Source of the DNA: an uncultured Flavobacteriales bacterium
GTDB taxonomy: Bacteria > Bacteroidota > Bacteroidia > Flavobacteriales > BACL11
Assembly (NCBI GenBank): GCA_905478555.1
Contig: CAJQIZ010000029.1
Coordinates: forward strand, 11,221 to 75,220
Length of the DNA stretch: 64,000 bases
Direction of reading: 5' to 3'
The translations under genes and the position numbers were made by a program. Positions 11,401-18,841 of the stretch are shown here, in pieces. The notes under the pieces were generated by a model. It was not told the DNA's origin and searched no databases. It saw nothing but the letters and a program-made list of their open reading frames with translations. Numbering within the stretch: position 1 is the stretch's first letter; the number at the start of each line of letters is the position of its first letter.

Positions 11401-11654
11401 GAAATAGAGTTAATTTCCTCTACACCTATTATTCCATTTAATGATTCTTCGATTCTTGTAGTAATTCCTTTTTCAATTTCTTGTGGAGAAGCTCCAGGGT
11501 AAGCTACGTTTACATAAATTTTGTTTGGAGGTAATTCAGGAAAGAATGATTTAGGCATCATTATTAAACTTAATATCCCTGCAATTGAAGTGATAATAAT
11601 TATTGCATTAGCGTATATAGGATATTTTATAAAATAAGATATTAACTTTTTCAT
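8472..11654 (-). CDS. RND efflux transporter permease (AcrB/HAE family)
   Basis: 1060 aa with 12 predicted TM helices and two large periplasmic loops. Conserved TM4-region sequence GILVDDGIVIAENI. Confidence 0.95.
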   Translation of the reverse strand: MKKLISYFIKYPIYANAIIIITSIAGILSLIMMPKSFFPELPPNKIYVNVAYPGASPQEIEKGITTRIEESLNGIIGVEEINSISSENLSRVIIEVYEGFDIDEVLQDVKNSVDAIYSFPEGAEKPTIKKQKSRGVGGMGNMVGFYSLTGPNNLWLLKEKSDKIEKDLLNDDEISQVQVIGYAPIIISIEIDEEQLLRYNQNFDLVSLAIKRSNIDISGGSIKTNKDEIIIRSNNKKTTAEEIQKIIIYSDKNGDIIRLKDIAKVKLKFSDIPTISYVNGERSISFIIEKTPEEDIKRIAKSVQKYIKKFNSENPEYKIVTIFQFADMLDQRIETLSQNLLVGLFLVLVILGLFLSFRLSIWVAFGIPFSFIGMISIGIIYGMTINMISLFGMILVVGILVDDGIVIAENIYTHFEKGKSPMQAALDGTLEVITPVLTSVLTTVFAFASLLFVGGQMEMMQEMAFVVIAALLFSLVEAFLVLPAHLATKDVLKERKNIFTPIKLRVERIVIILRNLYSNINRKFVNNYRIHVWTPFVFIIVILSMFMTGIIRWTFFPSVPFNEVKVEFSYKPGEREFRSEKFLWYCDSIIKDYHEELIEKYNDSLFTKISLRVGFTEGLGVSGSHVGSLRLDIKENELISTIDISNEIKKRIHKDSVAQLEKLSIGGFQQFGKAVSISLQSENNEELQESVDWLKEKITSINMVKEVNDNGGVGMMEIHLTLKEKAFTLGLNEVAIIKQIRQGFFGEEVQRLIIGRDEVKIWLRYPEENRNNLEDLNKMKIKTTSGLLIPLEELANYEYKRGRVKINHINGTKEIRVDATLYNAEYSADVNEEIEREYLGLIKNKFPNVDYKIMGQAEEAADSGKQLGIAFLISIILIIITITLNFKSFYQARLILMVVPIGLFSAILGHWICNRPFSIMSIWGVIALVGILVNDAVVMLDKYNRNIKDGMNMKESVIGAGNSRFRAIILTTITTFFGLFPLILEKSFQAQFLVPMAISVAFGVLFGTLILLLYFPSLILYFNDIRRARWWLWRGGENPPTKMEVEPYTKLQLRENQLVK

Positions 11655-11655
11655 A

Positions 11656-12816
11656 TTATTTAATTACTGGATTGACAATAGTACCTTCTTTAATATTGAT
11701 TAAAGGTTCTGAAACAACTATTGTGTTATTACTAATATTATCTACAATAACATTATTCCCTTTATTTGAAATAATATTTATACTTTTAACTTCTAATTCA
11801 TTATTCGAGTTTATAGTAAATATTTTATTATCTGAGAAGATAGATCTTCTAGAGATTCTGCATACATCTTTATTCTTTTTTGTTTTAATTATAGATTCTA
11901 AATACATTCCATTATATAATAATTGATTCCTTGAATTTATCTCTGCAAAAACAGAGATATTTTGTGTGTTTTGATTAACAAAACTCCCTTTTCTTGTTAT
12001 TGAACCATCAAATTTGTTATTATTGTCAGTAAAATGCACAGTATTACCAATTTCTATAAAGTTTATTTCAGATGTATTTACTGTAAGTTCTATTTCCATT
12101 TCCCCTTTTCTGATAACATCAATAATTGGACTCCCCATATTTATATTTGCTCCTACGTCTGTGTACGATTTTGTAATTACACCATCAAAAGTAGCTTTAA
12201 TAGTATATTTTTTCAGTTTTTCTTCATCAGATTTTAAAGAAAGGTATTCTGCCATAATTCCTCTAGATATAATGAAGTTTTTCTCTTTTGAAGTTGTTGT
12301 TTCTGGTAATTTAGAAATTGGAGTATTGAAGCTAATAGAATTAAAGAAATTATCCCATTTTATGTATTCTTGAGGATAATCTAGTTTTATATCTGCTAAA
12401 TTATTAGAGATTAAGTTCATGAAATTACTCTTTTTTGCTTCTACTAAAAGCTTTATTTCTGTATTTTTAATTTTGAATAAAACATCCCCTTTTTTAAAGT
12501 TAGTACCTTTCTTAATAGAAAAATTACCATTTATTTTACCACCAACTTCTGAAGTAATAGTAATATTATTTAATGAAACAACTCTTCCTGAACTTTTTAT
12601 TTCTGAATGAATATCTGAATTTATAATTTTAATTGCATTTACAGTTTTTATAGTAGTTTCATTTATTAATGAATCTGTAATTTTTGACTCTCTTATGGTT
12701 TCTGCATTTGTAACTCCGTGAGTAACCCCCATATTATAACTGATGCTAGATACCATGCTAAAAGCTATTAATATTAGTACAGTTACTATTATTATTAAAA
12801 GTTTTCTTATTTTCAT
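11656..12816 (-). CDS. RND efflux periplasmic adaptor (membrane fusion protein)
   Basis: N-terminal TM anchor and HlyD/barrel-sandwich-like layout. The stop lies 1 nt from the pump's start. Confidence 0.8.
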   Translation of the reverse strand: MKIRKLLIIIVTVLILIAFSMVSSISYNMGVTHGVTNAETIRESKITDSLINETTIKTVNAIKIINSDIHSEIKSSGRVVSLNNITITSEVGGKINGNFSIKKGTNFKKGDVLFKIKNTEIKLLVEAKKSNFMNLISNNLADIKLDYPQEYIKWDNFFNSISFNTPISKLPETTTSKEKNFIISRGIMAEYLSLKSDEEKLKKYTIKATFDGVITKSYTDVGANINMGSPIIDVIRKGEMEIELTVNTSEINFIEIGNTVHFTDNNNKFDGSITRKGSFVNQNTQNISVFAEINSRNQLLYNGMYLESIIKTKKNKDVCRISRRSIFSDNKIFTINSNNELEVKSINIISNKGNNVIVDNISNNTIVVSEPLINIKEGTIVNPVIK

Positions 12817-13187
12817 TGTTATTTTTTATTAATTGTTCTATTTTATTCCATAGATGTCAAACTTCCATTTTAAGAATGTAATCCTAATGATTCTCATTTT
12901 TTTTTTTAGTATTTTTAAGGCAGATATATTATCTTTTACTCCGTCTTCTTTTTTTCATTGTTTTATAATTCCTATTATCTTTATTTTTTTGTATTAAATC
13001 TTTATGAATATGGAGTAAGGATTATAGTTTTATCTATAAAAATGAGAATATTCAAATAGATTAGATCAACACATATTGGACAAATTTTTTATAACTGAAT
13101 AAATATTTTTGGGTATTTTTTTAAGAAAAATAAAGTTGCAAATATACAATCCTAATTAAGTACTTACAAACATAACTTAAATTTATT

Positions 13188-13541
13188 TTATTTTATTTTA
13201 CATGTATTAAATAAATATCTATTTGCAGCTATTTTGTCATATATAAAATCGCAAAATGATACAGGAAACAATTGTATAATGAATCTAGTTTTATAATCTA
13301 ATATTTTCAATATTTCTATTACAGCAGCTGATTTTATAAGATGATTATTTCGCTTTATATAGATAATAGAATCAATATGTTTTTCTAATTTCAGTTTCAA
13401 AATAATTTCTTTTGCTTTCTTACTATCTATTTCAATCCATTTAATAGTGTTTTCTTTATCTTTCTTTTTTAAGAAGTTCGCAATTTTAGTACAGAACCCA
13501 CATTTGTTGTCATATAATACAATAGAGGATATTTTATTCAT
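13188..13541 (-). CDS. Thiol-disulfide oxidoreductase, DCC family (DUF393)
   Basis: N-terminal YDNKCGFCTK CxxC motif; 117 aa. Confidence 0.75.
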   Translation of the reverse strand: MNKISSIVLYDNKCGFCTKIANFLKKKDKENTIKWIEIDSKKAKEIILKLKLEKHIDSIIYIKRNNHLIKSAAVIEILKILDYKTRFIIQLFPVSFCDFIYDKIAANRYLFNTCKIK

Positions 13542-13631
13542 TTTTTTAGATTTTTTATAATTTTATAAATTAAATATGTTTAGTTCATTGACTATTTTTT
13601 TAAGTTTCTTATTTATCCCTAACTATTCAAT

Positions 13632-13970
13632 TTATTTAAAGATTGTACCAATTAAAGCAACTGCAATCTCTTCTAACTTAGTTGGAGTTCTACCAGACCA
13701 CATAGCATTTTCTTCTAAATCACAAGCCCAATCATTAAGAGGCTTTCTTAAAAATAGAATATCTACATGGTCTACTACAAAGCGTTTAACTTCTGCCCCA
13801 TTAGGCAATCTACATTCAAATGCTAATAGTGAATATACAGAATGATTATAGCTAATTGCTAATATATGAAATCCCCAAGAGTTAAGATTATCGTGTAATT
13901 GTAAGTCAAACAGTCTTATTGATAAATTCCACTTTCTAGTTAACCATGCTATCTTTTGTAATATTTTCAT
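13632..13970 (-). CDS. Orphan Trp-rich hypothetical protein
   Basis: 112-aa ORF in a locally GC-richer stretch with no motif I recognise. It begins 16 nt after the stop of the phosphatase remnant. Confidence 0.35.
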   Translation of the reverse strand: MKILQKIAWLTRKWNLSIRLFDLQLHDNLNSWGFHILAISYNHSVYSLLAFECRLPNGAEVKRFVVDHVDILFLRKPLNDWACDLEENAMWSGRTPTKLEEIAVALIGTIFK

Positions 13971-13985
13971 AATTTTTATTTAAAT

Positions 13986-14238
13986 TTAAAAGTCTCCTGG
14001 TGCTTCCTGGAAACAGCTTGATCCATTATCTCTCCACATATTTACTACTTTTGTTCTATCATCAAATACACAAAGGATGCGGTCCTTTTTATCACCAAGA
14101 TGATAAGTTAAAGAAAGGTTGGTGAGATGATATATTTCCCGTTCTTTATTTTTTTAAGATTCCTATATTTTTTAAAACTATTCTGAGATATGAGATTTTG
14201 ATATGAAAGATGTTTACATCAATTAACTCTATTTTCAT
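13986..14238 (-). pseudogene. Remnant of a HAD-type (polynucleotide-kinase-phosphatase-like) phosphatase gene
   Basis: Hand translation of 14153..13986 gives KNKEREIYHLTNLSLTYHLGDKKDRILCVFDDRTKVVNMWRDNGSSCFQEAPGDF*, and the hhhhDD...VV.MWR..G..C.Q tail is typical of this HAD group. A 30-codon ORF from ATG 14238 (MKIELIDVNIF...) joins it only through a frameshift in a T7/A7 run at 14149..14155. The total of about 85 aa is too short for an intact enzyme. Confidence 0.3.
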
Positions 14239-14246
14239 AATCTTTA

Positions 14247-15482
14247 TTATAAATTTGATGAGATAAATTGATAAGTACGCTTTGCACTATCACTATCATT
14301 ATATTTATTGTACATTTTTCTAATTACGTTATAATCCAAACTGCTTTGTTTTAAAGCGTTGGGTTCTTTAAAAAATAATTCTATTTTTTCATAAAAACCT
14401 TGAAAATTATAAGCCTTATGACCTGGTGTTACGGTCTCGTATTCATCATACATTGAACGATCCATAGTCAAATAATCTTCTATATCGTAAGGGTAAAATA
14501 ATACCGGTTTATCAGTCAATAAGAAGTCAAAGAAAATAGAAGAATAATCCGTGATTAATAAATCAACCTTTGAGAATAATGGATACATATCGCATTCATT
14601 ATCCAATACTCTAATGTGACTATAATTTTCTTTTATAATCATAGAATAATCATGTCTATGTAATTTAATAAGAAAAGTAGTGTCATTTTTCTTTAATAAA
14701 TTATTCAAACGTTCCCACACAATAGGGGTTTCTCTTTCAAAACGATCTGTATCACGAAAAGTAGGTGCGTATAAAATGGTCTTTTTAGTAGATAAAGAAT
14801 GAATGATGTTTTGTTCAAACATTAAATATTTTCTATATAAATTTGGGTTAGAAATAATATCATTTCTAGGATAACCGGTAACTTCAATTTTTTTAGAACC
14901 AAAAGCAGAATTAAAATATCCTTTTACTTTATCAGATGTAGCGATCATTAAGTCTGCAACCACAAACCATTCCGGCATAATTATTCTTACTAAATAACGT
15001 TTTAGTCCCCAAGTATGATTTCCTATGTAAAATGCATTATTCTTAACTGTTATATCTCTGTCAATAGTTTTTAAAGGAGATCCGTGCCATAAACTTACTT
15101 TATAAGCTCCTGCAGAAGTAAAATGGTTAATACATCCAGTTCTTGAATCATAGATATATACTTTTGAGGAAATACTTAACCATAATCCCATTATACTATA
15201 TTTATAATATGCTTTCAGTCCATCATTTCGTATGTTTTCAACTAAAACCTTATTTTTTGTTATCCAATAACAATTAATTTCATTTAATGAGGAACAATAT
15301 AAAAATAGATATTTAGCATTGTCACTAAAGTTCATTCCAGTTCCAGAACCAAAAACCCAATTTCTCTTGTTTCTAGGCACTATATATACTAAGCAAGAAA
15401 TAGGAAACATTAAAAGATTTATTAACTTAGGCAAGTATTTAATGCTTTTAGATGTTGTTATTCCCACTATATAGTTCTTCAT
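14247..15482 (-). CDS. CDP-glycerol glycerophosphotransferase (TagB/TagF family)
   Basis: 411 aa. The C-terminal motif LLITDYSSIFFDFLLTDKPVLFYPYDIEDY and the WHGSPLK region are typical of the Glyphos_transf family. Confidence 0.85.
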   Translation of the reverse strand: MKNYIVGITTSKSIKYLPKLINLLMFPISCLVYIVPRNKRNWVFGSGTGMNFSDNAKYLFLYCSSLNEINCYWITKNKVLVENIRNDGLKAYYKYSIMGLWLSISSKVYIYDSRTGCINHFTSAGAYKVSLWHGSPLKTIDRDITVKNNAFYIGNHTWGLKRYLVRIIMPEWFVVADLMIATSDKVKGYFNSAFGSKKIEVTGYPRNDIISNPNLYRKYLMFEQNIIHSLSTKKTILYAPTFRDTDRFERETPIVWERLNNLLKKNDTTFLIKLHRHDYSMIIKENYSHIRVLDNECDMYPLFSKVDLLITDYSSIFFDFLLTDKPVLFYPYDIEDYLTMDRSMYDEYETVTPGHKAYNFQGFYEKIELFFKEPNALKQSSLDYNVIRKMYNKYNDSDSAKRTYQFISSNL

Positions 15483-15568
15483 ATTATTTTTAGTTTTTCA
15501 ACTTAATATTAGTTAATTGTTCCAAAATTCTAACATTTATATTAAATTTATTTACAAAATATTAATAA

Positions 15569-15976
15569 TTAATCATCTAAAATAGATTTCAACTTAGTGG
15601 ATGATATACCTTTAGTTCTAGGCAAGTATATAACTTGACAGAATTTCTTTAATTCATCAAACTTTCCTTCCCAATCATCTCCCATTATAAAAATATCAAT
15701 ATTATTATCTTGAATATCAGTCACTTTCTGATCCCAATTATCTTCAGGAATCACTTTGTCAACATATTCTATCGATTTTAATAAATCCTTTCTTTTCTGA
15801 TATGGTAAAACACAAGTTTTTCCTTTGATTGTATTAAATTTATCAGTTGATACCCCAACAATTAGTTTATCTCCTAATAGACTTGCTTTTCTTAATATTT
15901 CTAAATGACCATAATGTAATAAGTCAAAAGTACCATAAGTTAAAACAGTTTTAAATTTACTCTCTATAATATTCAT
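15569..15976 (-). CDS. tagD: Glycerol-3-phosphate cytidylyltransferase
   Basis: 135 aa with the HxGH motif (TYGTFDLLHYGHLEIL) and the RTxGISST motif (PRTKGISSTKLK). Confidence 0.9.
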   Translation of the reverse strand: MNIIESKFKTVLTYGTFDLLHYGHLEILRKASLLGDKLIVGVSTDKFNTIKGKTCVLPYQKRKDLLKSIEYVDKVIPEDNWDQKVTDIQDNNIDIFIMGDDWEGKFDELKKFCQVIYLPRTKGISSTKLKSILDD

Positions 15977-16066
15977 ATTGCAAATTTAAAAACTATTGTA
16001 GTTAGTACGCTAAATATTAACTATTTAATTGATCTTTATTTTAAACAATAGAATAGGTGAAAGAGT

Positions 16067-17422
16067 TTACTTTCCGATACAGAATTTCCCGAAAATATTT
16101 CCTAGTAGGGTATCGGTAGTTACTTCTCCGGTAATACTACCTAAATGGTAGAGTGCTTGTCGGACATTTACAGATAGAAAATCTCCAGAAAGACCAATTT
16201 CCATTCCTTTTATTACTTCTTCTATTTCATTTAAGGTATGTTGTAGTTCTTCAAAATGTCTGAGGTTAGTTACAATACTTTCATTGTCAGATATAGAATA
16301 AGTATTTACAAAACTTAATAGTTCCTTTTTCAAATGATCTATACCTTTACCACTTTTTGCAGAAATAGAAATCACATTTTTCATCTCTAAAGAAGTTTCT
16401 GAAACATCTGTTTTGTTCTGTACTATTAATATTTTTTCTGAATGTTGTTTTTTAACCTTTTCTAGTTCTGTAATCTGATCAGAAATATTTTGGGTAGTAT
16501 CTAATAAAAACAATATTATTTTAGATTGATTTGCTTTGTCTAACGATTTCTTAATTCCTAAGTTTTCAATAGTATCTTTAGTATTTCGTATTCCTGCAGT
16601 ATCTATAAAACGGAAGTTGAATCCACCTATTATTAAAGTATCTTCAATAGCATCTCTTGTGGTTCCTGCTATATCCGATACTATTGCTTTATCTTCATTC
16701 AATAAACAGTTTAGTAGGGTAGACTTGCCTACATTTGGGGATCCTAAAATAGTAACTGGTATTCCATTTTTTATCACATTTCCTAAGCTGAAGGACTCTA
16801 TTAATTTACTTAGAGTTTTCTGTATTTCTGATAATAATTCTAAAAATTTTGTTCTATCGGCAAACTCTACATCTTCTTCAGCAAAGTCCAGCTCTAATTC
16901 TATTAAAGACGCAAAGTCAATTAGTTGTGTTCTTAGTCCTTGTAGTTGGTTTGAGAATCCTCCTCTAAGTTGGTGCATTGCTGTTTTATGTGCTGATGCA
17001 CTTTCCGATTCTATTAAATCGGCTACCGACTCTGCTTGAGATAAATCTAGCTTTCCGTTCTTAAAGGCACGCATAGTAAACTCTCCTGCAGTTGCGGTTC
17101 TACATCCTTTTTCAATTAGTAGCTGTACTATTTTATTTTGAATATAAACAGATCCATGACACGAAATTTCTACACTTTCTTCTCCAGTGAATGATTTAGT
17201 ATCTTTAAAAATACTAATTAAAACTTCATCTAATATATCGTTATCTTTATTTATAGTTCCGAAATGTATGCTGTGTGTTATTGCGGAAGTAATATTTTTA
17301 CTAAAAACAGAATTTATAATCTCTATTGCTTTGTCTCCTGATATTCTAATTACTGCAATAGCACTCATTCCTCCACCGGTAGTAATAGCACAAATAGTAT
17401 CTTCAGGATTAAAATAGTTCAT
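16067..17422 (-). CDS. mnmE: tRNA modification GTPase MnmE
   Basis: G-domain motifs GSPNVGKST, DTAGIR and NKTD; C-terminal CIGK. Confidence 0.96.
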   Translation of the reverse strand: MNYFNPEDTICAITTGGGMSAIAVIRISGDKAIEIINSVFSKNITSAITHSIHFGTINKDNDILDEVLISIFKDTKSFTGEESVEISCHGSVYIQNKIVQLLIEKGCRTATAGEFTMRAFKNGKLDLSQAESVADLIESESASAHKTAMHQLRGGFSNQLQGLRTQLIDFASLIELELDFAEEDVEFADRTKFLELLSEIQKTLSKLIESFSLGNVIKNGIPVTILGSPNVGKSTLLNCLLNEDKAIVSDIAGTTRDAIEDTLIIGGFNFRFIDTAGIRNTKDTIENLGIKKSLDKANQSKIILFLLDTTQNISDQITELEKVKKQHSEKILIVQNKTDVSETSLEMKNVISISAKSGKGIDHLKKELLSFVNTYSISDNESIVTNLRHFEELQHTLNEIEEVIKGMEIGLSGDFLSVNVRQALYHLGSITGEVTTDTLLGNIFGKFCIGK

Positions 17423-17466
17423 TTTGCAAAAGTATTTAAAATACTTTGTATTCTACTATTTTCTAG

Positions 17467-17474
17467 TAGTTTTG
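17467..17474 (+). promoter_or_regulatory. Bacteroidota -7 promoter box (TAGTTTTG) for sucD
   Basis: Matches TAnnTTTG and lies 25 nt upstream of ATG 17499. Confidence 0.4.
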
Positions 17475-17498
17475 CAAACCAAAATAATAAATATAACA

Positions 17499-18377
17499 AT
17501 GAGTGTATTAGTAAATAAAGATTCTAAAGTAATTGTTCAAGGTTTTACGGGTACAGAAGGTACTTTTCATGCATCACAAATGATAGAGTATGGTACAAAT
17601 GTAGTAGGTGGTGTTACTCCTGGTAAAGGAGGTCAAAATCACTTGGAGAGACCTGTATTTAATACGGTATCTCAAGCAGTTGAAAAGGTTGGAGCTAATA
17701 CATCATTAATTTTTGTTCCACCAGCATTTGCTGCAGATGCAGTAATGGAAGCTGCTGAATCAGGTATAAAAGTAATTATCTGTATTACGGAAGGAATTCC
17801 TACTAGAGATATGATTATGGTTAAAGAATATTTAACGGATAAGGATTGTACTTTGGTAGGTCCTAATTGTCCGGGAGTTATTACCCCTAATGAAGCGAAA
17901 TGTGGTATTATGCCAGGTTTTGTTTTCAAAAAAGGTAGAATTGGAGTAGTTTCAAAGTCAGGTACTTTAACTTATGAAGCGGCCGATCAGGTTGTAAAAG
18001 CGGGTATGGGTATTTCTACTGCTATTGGTATTGGGGGAGACCCAATTATTGGCACTACAACGAAACAGGCGGTGGAGTTATTTATGAATGATCCGGAAAC
18101 AGATGGTATTATTATGATTGGTGAAATTGGTGGTCAGTTAGAAACAGATGCTGCCAAATGGATTAAAGCAAACGGCACTAAACCTGTAGTTGGTTTTATT
18201 GCGGGACAAACTGCTCCTGAAGGTAGAACAATGGGTCATGCTGGTGCTATTGTTGGTGGAGAGGAAGATACTGCTGAAGCTAAAATGGCTATTATGAGAG
18301 AGTGTGGTATTACTGTTGCCGAATCTCCTGCAGAAATAGGAAAATTAATGGCAGAATTAATGTCAGTTACTGCATAA
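17499..18377 (+). CDS. sucD: Succinate--CoA ligase subunit alpha
   Basis: MSVLVNKDSKVIVQGFTGTEGTFH N-terminus and phosphohistidine loop MGHAGAIV. The start was moved from 17424 to ATG 17499. Confidence 0.95.
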   Translation: MSVLVNKDSKVIVQGFTGTEGTFHASQMIEYGTNVVGGVTPGKGGQNHLERPVFNTVSQAVEKVGANTSLIFVPPAFAADAVMEAAESGIKVIICITEGIPTRDMIMVKEYLTDKDCTLVGPNCPGVITPNEAKCGIMPGFVFKKGRIGVVSKSGTLTYEAADQVVKAGMGISTAIGIGGDPIIGTTTKQAVELFMNDPETDGIIMIGEIGGQLETDAAKWIKANGTKPVVGFIAGQTAPEGRTMGHAGAIVGGEEDTAEAKMAIMRECGITVAESPAEIGKLMAELMSVTA

Positions 18378-18404
18378 GTTAAAACAAAATATATAATATT
18401 AAAT

Positions 18405-18429
18405 CCTACCTTTTGGTGGGTTTTTTTTT
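18405..18429 (+). terminator. Rho-independent terminator after sucD
   Basis: CCTACC-tttt-GGTGGG hairpin followed by a T9 run, about 27 nt after the stop codon. Confidence 0.6.
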
Positions 18430-18543
18430 ATTCAATAATTATTTTTTTTTCTAATATTACTTCCTCAAATATACAAAAAATAAATCATCTCATTTACACA
18501 TCAAATACTAAACTTAAATAATATCTCTGTAACTGCCACATTA

Positions 18544-18795
18544 TCAGATAAATATTTTTTCAGGCAAAAATTCTACCTTTTTCATATTTAAAATTTTCTT
18601 TTTCATATCTATAGATATCACCTTCCTATTCTTAAAGAACTCCTTGATATCTATACATATCACCTTCCTATTCTTAAAGAACTCCTTGATATCTATACAT
18701 ATCACCATCCTAATCTTATTAAACACTTTCATATCTGTCTCCCTCCCTCCCTCTAATATCTTTATATCTCTTCTAATATAACTCCAAAACTTCAT
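18544..18795 (-). CDS. Doubtful small protein with a 14-aa tandem unit (ICIDIKEFFKNRKV x3)
   Basis: The minus-strand frame stays open through the whole repeat array (42 bp = 14 codons). I prefer the internal ATG at 18795 because the ORF-track start at 18873 lies inside fabG. No recognisable family. Confidence 0.2.
   Translation of the reverse strand: MKFWSYIRRDIKILEGGRETDMKVFNKIRMVICIDIKEFFKNRKVICIDIKEFFKNRKVISIDMKKKILNMKKVEFLPEKIFI
18604..18745. repeat. 42-bp tandem direct repeat, about 3.3 copies, each with a palindromic core
   Basis: Copies at 18604..18645, 18646..18687 and 18688..18729 (3' half diverged), plus a partial copy from 18730. The unit is GATATCTATACATATCACCTTCCTATTCTTAAAGAACTCCTT. 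Copy 1 carries the perfect palindrome ATATCTATAGATAT. Confidence 0.9.
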
Positions 18796-18815
18796 TATAC
18801 AATATATTCTTTTTG

Positions 18816-18823
18816 TACTTTTG
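18816..18823 (+). promoter_or_regulatory. -7 promoter box (TACTTTTG) for fabG
   Basis: TAnnTTTG match 19 nt upstream of ATG 18842. Confidence 0.4.
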
Positions 18824-18841
18824 AATTTTAAAATTAAAATT

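Noticed and set aside
8509-12610. Multiple 60-119-aa plus-strand ORFs within the RND pump and adaptor genes (8509..8691, 9310..9651, 11672..11926, 12014..12373, 12034..12237, 12419..12610).
   Set aside because: All lie antisense to strongly supported efflux genes and show low-complexity F/I/L/S-rich translations typical of AT-rich shadow frames.
13576-13845. 89-aa plus-strand ORF overlapping the 112-aa minus-strand orphan.
   Set aside because: It is shorter, hydrophobic and low-complexity at the start, and lies antisense to the longer ORF. Neither ORF has homology support, so I kept only the longer one, at low confidence.
16536-17039. 167-aa plus-strand ORF inside mnmE (also 17187..17417).
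   Set aside because: It is antisense to an unambiguous MnmE reading frame and is Ser/Ile-rich, which is typical shadow-ORF composition.
17424-17498. 25-codon N-terminal extension of sucD (ORF-track start at 17424).
   Set aside because: The extension contains the predicted -7 promoter box and reads as hydrophobic junk (MQKYLKYFVFYYFLVVL...). The canonical SucD N-terminus MSVLVNK begins at ATG 17499.
17350-17520. The strand switch at mnmE/sucD (minus-strand genes to the left, plus-strand genes to about 35.6 kb) could mark a replication origin, with the convergence at about 35.7 kb as a terminus.
   Set aside because: The divergent spacer is only about 76 nt with no DnaA-box cluster or AT-rich unwinding element, and dnaA is not present. 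The strand blocks are short (18 kb) and are more simply ordinary operon orientation.
18604-18745. The tandem repeats could be a small CRISPR array.
   Set aside because: The 42-bp units are directly abutting with no unique spacers. No cas genes or leader lie nearby, and the repeats degenerate progressively like a minisatellite.
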